A stretch of 64,000 bases of DNA from Thermoanaerobaculaceae bacterium (GTDB lineage Bacteria > Acidobacteriota > Thermoanaerobaculia > Multivoradales > UBA5704). The stretch spans positions 868,418 to 932,417 of the forward strand of contig CAVZUZ010000009.1 in NCBI GenBank assembly GCA_963778565.1. Reading direction: 5' to 3'. The notes under the pieces were generated by a model. It made no database searches and was not told the origin of the DNA. It saw only the letters and a list, made by a program, of their open reading frames with translations. A program made the translations under genes and the position numbers. This document shows positions 20,452-35,353 of this stretch, in pieces; position 1 is the first letter of the stretch, and every line of letters starts with the position of its first letter.

Positions 20452-20958
20452 TTGACAGGATCCCACGGATGTCGGAGCTTCCGGGAGAACCGCACGATCG
20501 GCTGGAAGGAGTATCTGGACCTCCCGGAGCTGGGGCTCTTCCGCCTCAAGGCCAAGGTGGACACCGGGGCCCGCACCTCGACGCTGCACGTGGACTCGCT
20601 GCGGGTGCTGGAGACGCTGCCGGACGGTTCGGAGCGGGTGGAGCTGGTGATCGGCCCCGATCGCCGCCGGCCGGAGCTGCGGGTTCGTACGCAGGCGCGG
20701 GTGATCCGGCGCATGCGGGTCGTCGACTCCGGCGGCCATCCCGAGGTGCGGCCGGTTGTCGAGACCGAGATGGTGCTCGGGCCGGTTCGCAAACGGATCC
20801 TGCTGACGCTGACAGACCGGTCCGGCATGCTCTTCCGTATGATCCTCGGGCGCAAGGCTCTGGAGGGAGACTTCCAGGTGGACGTCGCCGGAAAATACCT
20901 GTTCCGCAAATGGCATCCCCGGCGCTCGCTGCGCGGAGCGCCCGGAATCCGGAAGTAG
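20452..20958 (+). CDS. RimK-associated retropepsin-like protease (RimB-like, PF05618-type)
   Basis: IGWKEY, AKVDTGARTSTLH, DSGGHPEVRPVV, DRSGMLFRMILGR; start uncertain. Confidence 0.85.
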   Translation: MTGSHGCRSFRENRTIGWKEYLDLPELGLFRLKAKVDTGARTSTLHVDSLRVLETLPDGSERVELVIGPDRRRPELRVRTQARVIRRMRVVDSGGHPEVRPVVETEMVLGPVRKRILLTLTDRSGMLFRMILGRKALEGDFQVDVAGKYLFRKWHPRRSLRGAPGIRK

Positions 20959-20971
20959 AGGCAAACCCGCG

Positions 20972-21877
20972 ATGAAGATCGCCATCCTGTCGCGCAAGGC
21001 GTCGCTGTACTCGACGTCGCGTCTCGTCGAGGCCAGCCGGCGGCGCGGCGCGGACGTGGCGGTGCTCGATCCGTTGCGCTGCGTGGTGAAGGTTTCCAAG
21101 AAACGGCCGGAGGTCTTCCACGACGGCGAGCGGGTGACGGGTGTCGACGGCGTCGTGCCGCGCATCGGCGCCTCGATCACCTTCTACGGCCTGGCCGTCC
21201 TGCGGCAATTCGAGATGATGGGCGTTTTCCCCGCCAACGAGAGCCAGGCCATCTCGCGCAGCCGCGACAAGCTGCGCAGCCTGCAGCTCCTGTCGCGTCA
21301 CGACATCGGCATCCCGCCGACCGCTTTCGCCCGCCGGCGCGAGGACCTGCGCTCGGCCATCCGCAAGGTCGGCGGCGCGCCGGTCATCCTCAAGCTCCTC
21401 GAGGGGACGCAGGGGCTGGGAGTCATTCTGGCTGAATCGGTCAAATCGGCCGAGTCGGTGCTCGACGCCATGAGCTCGCTGGGGCAGAACATCCTCATCC
21501 AGGCTTACATCGAGGAGGCCCAGGGGACGGACTATCGCGCCATCGTCGTGGGGGGACGGGTGGTGGCCGCGATGTCGCGTCGAGCTGGCGAGGGGGAGTT
21601 TCGCAGCAACCTCCACCGCGGCGGCACCGCCGGCGGAGTGGAGCTCGACGGGGCCTACGCTGCGACGGCCCTGCATGCGGCCGAGGTCCTGGGGCTGAAC
21701 ATAGCCGGGGTGGACATGATCCCCTCCAAGGATGGACCCATGGTCCTGGAGGTCAACAGCTCTCCGGGTTTGGAGGGGATCGAGGGGGCCACCGGCGTCG
21801 ACGTGGCCGGCGCCATCATCGACTTCGTCCTCGAGCATGCGCCGCAGGGCCACCCCCAGACCCAGGGTCGAGGGTAG
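20972..21877 (+). CDS. rimK: RimK alpha-L-glutamate ligase (ATP-grasp)
   Basis: MKIAILSR..LYST.RL, PRIGASITFYG, SRDKLRSLQLL, EGTQG, FRSNLHRGG, EVNSSPGLEGIE. Confidence 0.93.
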   Translation: MKIAILSRKASLYSTSRLVEASRRRGADVAVLDPLRCVVKVSKKRPEVFHDGERVTGVDGVVPRIGASITFYGLAVLRQFEMMGVFPANESQAISRSRDKLRSLQLLSRHDIGIPPTAFARRREDLRSAIRKVGGAPVILKLLEGTQGLGVILAESVKSAESVLDAMSSLGQNILIQAYIEEAQGTDYRAIVVGGRVVAAMSRRAGEGEFRSNLHRGGTAGGVELDGAYAATALHAAEVLGLNIAGVDMIPSKDGPMVLEVNSSPGLEGIEGATGVDVAGAIIDFVLEHAPQGHPQTQGRG

Positions 21878-21893
21878 CGGGGCGACAGACGCG

Positions 21894-22928
21894 ATGGCTG
21901 CGATGGGCGCAATGGCCGCGATAACCGCGCGCGAGCCCCTCACCTTCGCCGGCACTCCGGTGGCGCCCGGAGAGACGGCGGAGCTACGCCTCAAGGTGGC
22001 GGAGTCCTACACCGCTGAGCCGGTCAGCGTGCCGGTAACCGTGGTCCGCGGTTCCCCCGGCCCGGTCGTCTTCGTTACTGCCACGGTCCATGGCGACGAG
22101 CTCAATGGCGTCGGCATCCTTCGCGGCCTGCTGAACGACACCGACTTCAGCGCGCTGAGAGGGACGATGATCGCCGTGCCCGTGGTCAACGTCCCCGGCT
22201 TTCTCAATCAGGACCGCCGCCTGCCTGACCGGCGGGATCTCAACCGCAGCTTCCCCGGCAACCGGCGGGGGTCGCTCACGGCCCGCCTCGCCGATACGCT
22301 CTTCCGCGAGGTCATCCGCAAGAGCGATTTCGGCATCGACCTGCACACGGCGGGCGGCGAGCGCACCAACTATCCGCAGGTGCGCGCCGACCTCTCGCGC
22401 ACCGAGGTGGTCGAGCTGGCGAGCGCCTTCGGCTGCTCGCTGATCGTTGCCGGCGCCGGCCCCGAGGGATCGCTGCGCCGCACGGCGGTGGCCGCCGGCG
22501 TGCCGACCATCGTCTATGAAGCCGGCAGCTCTCGCCGTCTGGAACGGCCGGTGATCGCCGTCGGGATCGCCGGCGTGCTCAACGTGCTCCGCCACCTGAA
22601 CATGCTGCCGGGAGAGCCCGTTTCGCCGCCGCTGAAGCTGCTGATCGATCGCACCCACTGGATCCGTTCCAAGACCGGCGGCATTCTCGACCTGCGGGTG
22701 GACCTGGGGCAGCCCCTGCGCCGGGGCCAGGCGATCTCGGTCAACACCAATCCCTTCGGGCGCGAGAAGAGCCTGCTCAAGGCACCCCATGCGGGGGTCG
22801 TCCTGGGGCTGACGCAGCTGCCGCTCGTTCATCCGGGCGACGCGGTCTGCCACGTCGCCCGGCTCTCCGCCGCCGAGATCGACGCCTGGGGAGAATATTG
22901 GAGCGAAGACGGTAGGATGCGGCCATGA
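21894..22928 (+). CDS. Succinylglutamate desuccinylase/aspartoacylase family (M14-like)
   Basis: HGDELNG, RDLNRSFPG, IDLHT, YEAG. Confidence 0.88.
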   Translation: MAAMGAMAAITAREPLTFAGTPVAPGETAELRLKVAESYTAEPVSVPVTVVRGSPGPVVFVTATVHGDELNGVGILRGLLNDTDFSALRGTMIAVPVVNVPGFLNQDRRLPDRRDLNRSFPGNRRGSLTARLADTLFREVIRKSDFGIDLHTAGGERTNYPQVRADLSRTEVVELASAFGCSLIVAGAGPEGSLRRTAVAAGVPTIVYEAGSSRRLERPVIAVGIAGVLNVLRHLNMLPGEPVSPPLKLLIDRTHWIRSKTGGILDLRVDLGQPLRRGQAISVNTNPFGREKSLLKAPHAGVVLGLTQLPLVHPGDAVCHVARLSAAEIDAWGEYWSEDGRMRP

Positions 22929-24634
22929 AGAAGCTGCTCCTGATCTTCGGTCTGTTGTTGGCGATCGCTGTCCTCGCCACCTTCGCCGGCGTGCTCCTGG
23001 GCGGAAAGGGCGGTGGCATGAGCGGCGGCGCGACGGTCCTCGTCTGGCGCGTGTCCGGTCCGGTCCTCGAGCAGGAGGCGCCGCGGCTCCCCTTCGCGGG
23101 CGGCATCGCGCTCGCCAGCATCGCCGAGCTCTACCCGGCCTTGCGCGCCGCCCGCCGGGATCCCGGCGTCCGCGGTCTCGCCGTGTACGTCCAGAACGCC
23201 GACTTCGGCCTCGCGAAGGCGCAGGAGCTGCGGCGGCAGTTGCTGGCCCTGCGGCGGGGCGGCAAGTTCGTCGAGTGCTTCCTGGAGACGGCCGGCGAGG
23301 GTTCCAACGGCTCCCTGGAGTACTACCTGGCGACCGCCTGCGAACGTATCCATCTCGCTCCGGCGGGCGACCTCAACCTTCTCGGCCTCTACACCGAGAG
23401 CCGCTTCCTGCGCGGCACTCTCGACAAGCTCAAGATCGAGCCGGAGTTCAACCACGTCGGCCGCTACAAGAGCGCCATCGAGACCTACACCCAGGACCGC
23501 TATAGCCCGGAGGCCCGCGAGGCCATCGCCGCGGTGCTCGACGGCTGCTTCTCCCAGATCGTCTCCGCCATCGCCGAAGCTCGCCGCAAGAGCAGCTACG
23601 AGGTGCGCTGGCTGATCGACGGCGCTCCCTTCTCCGCCGAGGAAGCCGCCAGGCGCGGCCTGGTCGATCAGCTCTCCTATCCGGATCAGTTTCGCGACCA
23701 TCTGAAGCGGCGGGTGGGCAGGGAGCCGACCTACGTGGCGATCGAGGACTATCGCCCGGCCTCACCTCTCGCCGCCAAGCGGATCGCCGTCGTCTTCGCC
23801 CTCGGCACCATCGTGCGCGGTTCCGGCGGCATCGCTCCCTGGACGGAGGAGGTCTTCCTCGGTTCGGACGACATGGCTTCCCTGCTCCGCCAGATGGCCG
23901 GGGACGAGGCCGTCGCCGCCGTCGTCCTGCGCATCGACAGCCCCGGCGGCTCGGCGCTCGCCTCCGACCTCATTCTGCGCGAGGTCGAGAAGCTCAAGGA
24001 AAAGAAGCCGGTGGTCGTCTCGATGTCCGACCTGGCGGCTTCGGGCGGCTACTACATCGCCGCCAAGGCCAACAAGATCGTCGCCGAGCCGGCGACCTTG
24101 ACCGGCTCGATCGGCGTCTACGGAGGCAAGCTCATCACCCGGCGCTTCGAACAGGAGCTGCTGGGCCTCGGCCACGACGCGCAGAAGCGCGGCGCCAATG
24201 CCGACATCTACTCCTCCCTGCAGCCCAACAGCATGCAGCAGGACTCGCGGCTGCAGCAACTCATGGACCGCACCTATGCCACCTTCGTCGGCCATGTCGC
24301 AACCGGCCGGAAGATGAAGCGGCCGGCGGTCGAGGGGGTCGCCAACGGTCGCGTCTGGACGGGCGCCGCAGCCCAGAGGATCGGTCTCGTGGACGAGCTC
24401 GGCGGCCTCGATCGGGCCGTCGAGCTCGCTCGCCAGGAGGCCGGCGTCGGTCCCGGCGAAACCGTCGCCGTCGACTTCTATCCGCCGCCGCCGTCGTGGC
24501 TCGACCTGTTCTTCGAGAGGCGCGAGCCGCGCCTGCCCGCCGCGCTGGCGGATGTCGTCAAGGCACTTGAAGCCTACCCGCCGCGCGTGCTTGAATTGCC
24601 GCGCGAGGTGGCCCGGCTGGCCCGGCCTTTTTGA
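22925..24634 (+). CDS. sppA: Signal peptide peptidase SppA (long form)
   Basis: GRYKSA, LRIDSPGGS, AASGGYY, TGSIGV, GRVWTG. Confidence 0.92.
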   Translation: MKKLLLIFGLLLAIAVLATFAGVLLGGKGGGMSGGATVLVWRVSGPVLEQEAPRLPFAGGIALASIAELYPALRAARRDPGVRGLAVYVQNADFGLAKAQELRRQLLALRRGGKFVECFLETAGEGSNGSLEYYLATACERIHLAPAGDLNLLGLYTESRFLRGTLDKLKIEPEFNHVGRYKSAIETYTQDRYSPEAREAIAAVLDGCFSQIVSAIAEARRKSSYEVRWLIDGAPFSAEEAARRGLVDQLSYPDQFRDHLKRRVGREPTYVAIEDYRPASPLAAKRIAVVFALGTIVRGSGGIAPWTEEVFLGSDDMASLLRQMAGDEAVAAVVLRIDSPGGSALASDLILREVEKLKEKKPVVVSMSDLAASGGYYIAAKANKIVAEPATLTGSIGVYGGKLITRRFEQELLGLGHDAQKRGANADIYSSLQPNSMQQDSRLQQLMDRTYATFVGHVATGRKMKRPAVEGVANGRVWTGAAAQRIGLVDELGGLDRAVELARQEAGVGPGETVAVDFYPPPPSWLDLFFERREPRLPAALADVVKALEAYPPRVLELPREVARLARPF

Positions 24635-24679
24635 GTCTCAAACCCATGAGGTGATTGTGTTTGCCGCGGGGGTGTCGCC

Positions 24680-24811
24680 TTCTTCACAACAGGGGGGTTG
24701 CGATGGTGTTCGGCTGTTGCTATGATGATTTCGTCGTCGTCACCTAAGCCTCTTCGGACGCATTCCTCCCAGGCCAGGGATTTCCACAGACTGTGGAAAT
24801 CGTGTGGAAAT
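24680..24811. promoter_or_regulatory. DnaA-box cluster upstream of dnaA
   Basis: atttccaca 24780-24788, tgtggaaat 24792-24800 and 24803-24811, ttcttcaca 24680-24688. Confidence 0.7.
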
Positions 24812-24838
24812 TGAGTATCGTTCTTAGCCCGAGGTCGC

Positions 24839-26126
24839 ATGTCCCAATCCCTGTGGTCTCTCCTCCAACGCCAGTTGCAGCAGCAGTTAGATCCAGAGGA
24901 ATTCGCCACCTGGTTCCGTCCGCTCAGGGTGAGTAACGAGGACGCCAACCGGCTCGTGCTGGTGGCGCCGAACTCGCGCTTTCTCCACACCCTCGAGGAG
25001 AGCTACCGGCCAACGGTAGACCGGGCCGTGGCCGGCCTTCGCGGCCGCGGCTTCGAGGTGCTTTTTTCTCTGGAGACCGCCGCCGTGCCCGCGGACGAAC
25101 CGATCGAGCCTTCCCGTTTCGATCCGAAGTATCTGTTCGCGAATTTCATCGAGGGCAAGTCCAACGAATTCGCATCGGCGGCGGCCAAGCGGGTGGCCGA
25201 AAACCCGTCGCGCTCGCTACAACCCTCTCTTCGTTTACGGCGGCGTGGGTCTCGGCAAGACGCATCTCCTGCACGCCATCGGTCATGAGATCCAGCGCAG
25301 CCGGCCGCATCTGCGCGTTCTCTATCTGGCGGCCGAGCAGTTCGTCAACGAGCTCATCAACTCCATCCGCTTCGACCGCATGCCGGCCTTCCGCGAGCGC
25401 TACCGCACGATCGACGTCCTGATGATCGACGACGTGCAGTTCCTGGCCAACAAGGAGCGCACGCAGGAGGAGTTCTTCCACACCTTCAACACGCTCTACA
25501 CCAGCCAGAAGCAGATCATCCTCTCCTCCGACTCCTCGCCGCGGAACATCCCGACGCTGGAGGAGCGACTGCGCAGCCGCTTCGAGTGGGGGCTGATCGC
25601 CGACATCCAGCCGCCGGATCTGGAGACCAAGATGGCGATCCTCCAGCGCAAGGCCTCGGCCGAGCAGGTTCAGCTTCCGGAGGAGGTGGCGGAGTTCATC
25701 GCCCAGCAGGTCAAGTCCAACATCCGCGAGCTCGAGGGGCTGTTGAACCGGGTCGTCGCCTTCTCGTCGCTGACCGGCAAGCCTCTCACCCTGGCCCTCA
25801 CCCGCGAGACCCTCAAGGACATCCTCCCGGAAGAGGGAAAGAAGCCTCCCGCTGCCGAGATCATCAAGTTCGTTGCCCGTCACTACGACCTCAAGGTGTC
25901 CGAGATCAAGAGCAAGAGCAACTCCCGGCAGATCGTCATCCCCCGCCAGGTGGCGATGTACCTCTGCAAGCGGCTGACGGATCTTTCCTACCCGGAGATC
26001 GGCAAGCTTTTCAACGACAAACATCACTCGACGGTCATGTACTCCGTCGATATCGTGCAGCAGAAGCGCGACTCTGACCCGGATCTCGACCGCACGCTGC
26101 AGAATTTCGAGCGGCACTTCGTCTAG
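24839..26126 (+). CDS. dnaA: Chromosomal replication initiator DnaA, frameshift near 25220
   Basis: FATWF, GLGKTHL, IDDVQF, QEEFFHTFN, RLRSRFEWG, RELEG, HSTVM. Confidence 0.96.
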
Positions 26127-26132
26127 CTCTTC

Positions 26133-26148
26133 AGGCACACCGCTTGCA
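26133..26148 (+). promoter_or_regulatory. sigma54-like promoter facing dnaN
   Basis: AGGCACACCGCTTGCA = GG-N10-GC. Confidence 0.45.
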
Positions 26149-26184
26149 CGATATCTCGTCGCCGGGTCTCGACCCGTTCGGTGC

Positions 26185-26400
26185 AGGTATGTGGAGAGCT
26201 TTTCGGAAGCGCTGTGGAGCTGTTGCGGATTTTTTCGTGGTCTCCGGGTTTTTCCCCAGCCTCCTCCTTCCCCTCCACAGGTTCTGCACAGCTCGGGGCC
26301 GGAACCTAAGATTTCCTGCTTGAGGAACTTAGGCCCCCTTTCCTCTTTTCCGCCGCCCCTATCTACTACGACGGCTATGCTATATTCAGATGTCTTCTAG
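26185..26400. other. Probable oriC unwinding region (dnaA-dnaN intergenic)
   Basis: Degenerate DnaA boxes (tgtggagag, tgtggagct, ccctccaca, ttctgcaca), then a GC run and CTACTACGACGGCTAT trio-like repeats with an AT-richer tail. Confidence 0.7.
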
Positions 26401-26414
26401 ACGGAGAAGAATGA

Positions 26415-27512
26415 ATGGAGATCCGCGTCACCCGAAGCGAGTTTCTGGGCGAGCTGGCCCCGATGCAGGGCATCGTCGAACGCAAGACCACCATCCCGGT
26501 TCTCTCCCATCTGCTGTTGACGGCCCGCGAGGACAAGCTCCACCTGGCCGCGACCGACCTCGACGTCTCCCTCACTTCCTGGTGCGAGGCTGACGTCAAG
26601 AGCGAGGGCGGCATCGCCGTCCAGGCCAAGAAGCTGATGGAGATCATCCGCTCGTTGACGGGAGAGGAGGTCCTGCTGGCCCAGGAAGAGCCACGGGTGC
26701 TCACGATCCGCGCCGGCAAGTCGCGCTTCAGCATCCACGGCCTGTCGCCGGACGACTTTCCCACCCTTCCTTCGGTCGACGACGGTCGCCGGATCGAGAT
26801 ACCCTTCGCGGATTTCCGGCGCATGATCGCCAAGGTCCTCTTCGCCGTCTCGGCCGAGGAGTCGCGCTTCCAGCTGAACGGCGCCCTGCTCAAGCTCAAG
26901 GACGGTTCGCTGGAGATGGTGGCGACGGACGGCCACCGGCTGGCCTTGGTCGAGGGAGGCCTCGAAGGCACCGGCGGCGAAGATTCCGTCCTCGTGCCGC
27001 GCAAGGCCCTGCAGGAGCTGCAGCGCTTCGAGGGCGAGGGCAACCTCACCTACGGCCGCGGCGAGCACCACCTCTCCTTCCGTCTCGGCCGGCGCGAGCT
27101 GATCTGCCGCATCCTCGAGGGAACATTCCCCGATTATGAGCGGGTGATCGCCAAGGACAACGACAAGAAGGTGCTCTTCAACCGCAGAAATCTGGTGGAC
27201 GCCGTCCAGCGCGCCGCGCTGATGACGGGTGACCGCGCCCGCGCCGTGCGTCTCCAGTTCACTCCCGACCAGGTGGTGATCTCGGCCGTCAACTCCGACC
27301 TCGGCGAGGCGGTCGAGGAAGTTCCCTGCGACTACGACGGCCCCGAGTTTCGGGTGGGTATCAACCCCGATTACCTCACCCAGTTCCTCGCCGCCGCGGA
27401 CACCGAGAAGGTTCGCCTGGAGCTCAAGGACGAGAACACGCAGTGCGTCGGCTATCCCCTCGAGGGGCCCGACACGCGCTATCTCTGCGTGATCATGCCG
27501 ATGCGGATCTGA
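26415..27512 (+). CDS. dnaN: DNA polymerase III beta sliding clamp
   Basis: TIPVLS, ATDLD, VATDGHRLA, VPRK, FPDYERVI, VIMPMRI. Confidence 0.97.
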   Translation: MEIRVTRSEFLGELAPMQGIVERKTTIPVLSHLLLTAREDKLHLAATDLDVSLTSWCEADVKSEGGIAVQAKKLMEIIRSLTGEEVLLAQEEPRVLTIRAGKSRFSIHGLSPDDFPTLPSVDDGRRIEIPFADFRRMIAKVLFAVSAEESRFQLNGALLKLKDGSLEMVATDGHRLALVEGGLEGTGGEDSVLVPRKALQELQRFEGEGNLTYGRGEHHLSFRLGRRELICRILEGTFPDYERVIAKDNDKKVLFNRRNLVDAVQRAALMTGDRARAVRLQFTPDQVVISAVNSDLGEAVEEVPCDYDGPEFRVGINPDYLTQFLAAADTEKVRLELKDENTQCVGYPLEGPDTRYLCVIMPMRI

Positions 27513-27517
27513 GGCCG

Positions 27518-28588
27518 CTGCTCACCCATCTCGCCGCCCGCGACTTCCGCAATCTGGAGCCTCTCTCCTGGCGGCCGTCAGAGGGATCCCATCTCCTGCT
27601 CGGCGGCAACGGTGCCGGTAAGACGAGCCTTCTGGAGGCGGTATACGTGCTCGCGACTACGCGCAGCTTCCGTGCCCTTCAGATCGCCGACTGCGCGCGT
27701 CACGGCGCCGGCTCCTTCCACCTTCAGGGGGAGGTCGAGACCGGCCGCCGCTCCACCTTGGAGGTTGGTTGGATGGACGGCCAGCGGATGCGGGCGCTCA
27801 ACGGCAAGGTGACGCCCCTCGCCGAGCATCTGGCCGTCCTCCCCGTGGCGGCTTGGACGGCGGCGGCCGAGGCCGAGGTTTTGGTGGGGGCGCCCAAGGC
27901 GCGCCGGCGCTTCATGGACCGCGGCGTCGTCGGCGCCCGACCGTCCGCCTTGGAGGTTCTGGGCCGCTATCGTGAGGCCCTGCGGCAGAAGCGGAGCCTT
28001 CTCCTCGGGGACGGCGCCGGCATCGAGATCTGGAACGAGATGCTGGCAGCGACCGCTGCGGACGTGATCGCGCAACGCCACCGCTATATCGCGCTGCTCA
28101 AGGCGCGGCTGAGTGGGGCGATCGAAGCCTCCGGCCTGCCCTTCCCGCCGGTCGAGCTCCACTACCGCCCCTCGCCGGCCAACGGTCTGGAGGGCCAGGA
28201 GGTCATCGCCGCCGCTTTCGAACGAGTCGCCGACCGCGAGCGCCGGCGCCAGGTTCCCCTTCTCGGCCCGCATCGGGACGAGCTCGAGATCCTCTGGGGC
28301 GGCCATGAGATCCGCCGGGTGGCCTCGGCCGGCGAGCGCAAGGCGCTCTCCCTGATGCTCCTCGCCGCCCACGGCCGGGTCATGGAGGAGGCGGGCCGCC
28401 CGCCTCTCTATCTCCTGGACGACATGGATGCCGAGTTGGCGCCCCCGACCGTGGCCGCCGTCTGGAACGTCCTCAAAGGCGAGCACCAGATCTTCGCCAC
28501 CTCCAACCGCCCGCAGGTCTGGCTGACCCTCGAAGTGAGGAAGATCTGGGAGGTGGAAAGGGGTGAAATGAGGCTCGTCGCGGAGTAG
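27518..28588 (+). CDS. recF: DNA replication/repair protein RecF
   Basis: DFRNL, GGNGAGKTSLLEA, RRRFMD, GPHRDEL, ASAGE, LLDD..AEL; start approximate. Confidence 0.92.
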   Translation: MLTHLAARDFRNLEPLSWRPSEGSHLLLGGNGAGKTSLLEAVYVLATTRSFRALQIADCARHGAGSFHLQGEVETGRRSTLEVGWMDGQRMRALNGKVTPLAEHLAVLPVAAWTAAAEAEVLVGAPKARRRFMDRGVVGARPSALEVLGRYREALRQKRSLLLGDGAGIEIWNEMLAATAADVIAQRHRYIALLKARLSGAIEASGLPFPPVELHYRPSPANGLEGQEVIAAAFERVADRERRRQVPLLGPHRDELEILWGGHEIRRVASAGERKALSLMLLAAHGRVMEEAGRPPLYLLDDMDAELAPPTVAAVWNVLKGEHQIFATSNRPQVWLTLEVRKIWEVERGEMRLVAE

Positions 28589-28753
28589 TCAGAGGCGGGA
28601 ATCCCGGCCCCGTCCTCCTTTGTTGCAATCTTTGCAGAGAGGCTGTCGGCACACCTTTTGAAGGCCCCTTCCGGAGAGCTGGGAGAATAAGGCCTAAACC
28701 TTTGAAATTTCAGCCTTAATCGGGCTCGAAGCAAAGTCCGATTCATGGTATGA

Positions 28754-31252
<2,499 letters not shown>

Positions 31253-31330
31253 GGTGCGGAAGCCTGCGATCGTCGTCCCAGGAGAACGGGATCAGGAGAA
31301 CGCCGGATCGAACCAGGAGAGGACGGATAC

Positions 31331-32520
31331 CATGGAAGAGACGCAGACAGTCCCTGGAAGCGTGGAGCAACAGAAAGAAAAGCGGGTGACGACCAGCATT
31401 CATCGCGAGGCGGGCGCACCGCAGCGTATGCAGAGACGGATCACCCGAGCCGAAGCGGAGGAGGCGCCGCCGTCGCTCGCCGAGCTGCAGGAGCGACAAG
31501 ACGAGATCAGCCCGACGCGTCGCCCGACGAAGTATAGGGACGAGCGGGAGGAAGTCGACCCCGAATCGATCCCGGTTCCGGACGTGCCTCCGACAGGGTG
31601 TAGATAGGAGAGCGTCCATGCCCGTCGAGATCCAGCAAGTCGTGACGCTGTCCGCTGCGGCCGTTACCGCTGGTGAGGCAGGTTTGTCGACAGTCGGAGA
31701 GCCGACCATCGCCAACAATGGGGGCGGTCAGATTCTCATGGCAGGCAACTGGTACGCGGCGCGCTCCGTGGATGCCGGCACGACGTGGGAGGGGCTCGAT
31801 CCTTACAACTACCTAAATCCTGGTCCTCCCACCAGGTTTTGTTGTGATCAGACTGTCTTTTACGATGGCGCTTATGATTTGACCCTATGGCTGCTGCAAT
31901 ACCGGAAGAGCGCCACGGACAATACACTCCGGATTACCGTTAAACGCGGCACGACGCTCGGCGATGACGATTGGTCTTGGTGGGAGCTTTCATACGACCA
32001 CCGTCGATCCGACCTGGACCAAGGAGTGGTTCGACTACAACCATGTGGCGGCGACGGCGGGGCATTTGTTCATAGGATCGAACGTTTTCGGCATCGGTAA
32101 ATCGGTTTTGCCGTTCGCGTCATCCTCCGGATACCATTCGAATCGATCGTCACAGCCATCGAGCAAGGCGAGGCGATTGAAATTGATTATTTCGAGACCG
32201 GCGACAGCGGAACGCTCCGCTGTACGCAGGGGGCGACAGGAACCATGTTTTTTGCTGGCCAGATCGGAAACGACACGATCCGGCTTTTCAGTTGGCCCGA
32301 TGCGTCGCCAGACGTCACGAGTGTCGATATCAAAGTGTCGCCATGGCAATTAAAATATTTGAATATATCGTACACCAGAGATGCTGAAGATGAAAGATGA
32401 GATGAAGAATAGCGAGAACTCGACTCCTCGTATTCCGCTCCCGGTCCCGATAAGAACAACTGGCTGAAACGGTGCGATGACCGAATCACGGGAGCCTGGG
32501 TCGCGAGCGACGGATGGAGC
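31331..32520 (+). pseudogene. Fragmented hypothetical gene(s) inserted between gyrB and gyrA
   Basis: Lower GC; protein-like pieces in shifting frames (GEPTIAN, GNWYAARS, FCCDQ, WFDYN, YSAPGPDKNNWLKRCDDRITGAW). Confidence 0.5.
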
Positions 32521-32629
32521 GAATTGGATCGCAGCGGGATTTACCCTTCAGAACGGAACGGGATTGGCGAACGTCCAACCCGACCTCGTTCTCTTCGGTC
32601 TCGCGGCAGAACCTTCTTGAAGAGTTGAC

Positions 32630-35246
<2,617 letters not shown>

Positions 35247-35353
35247 GAAGGCGCCGGGGAACATCGGGAACAGGTCGGGATAGACTGGGCTCCCTCCGTG
35301 GCGGCCGCGCCGCGGAAGGCTCTGTGAACCGTTCCCGCAAGGAGGCCGCGCCC

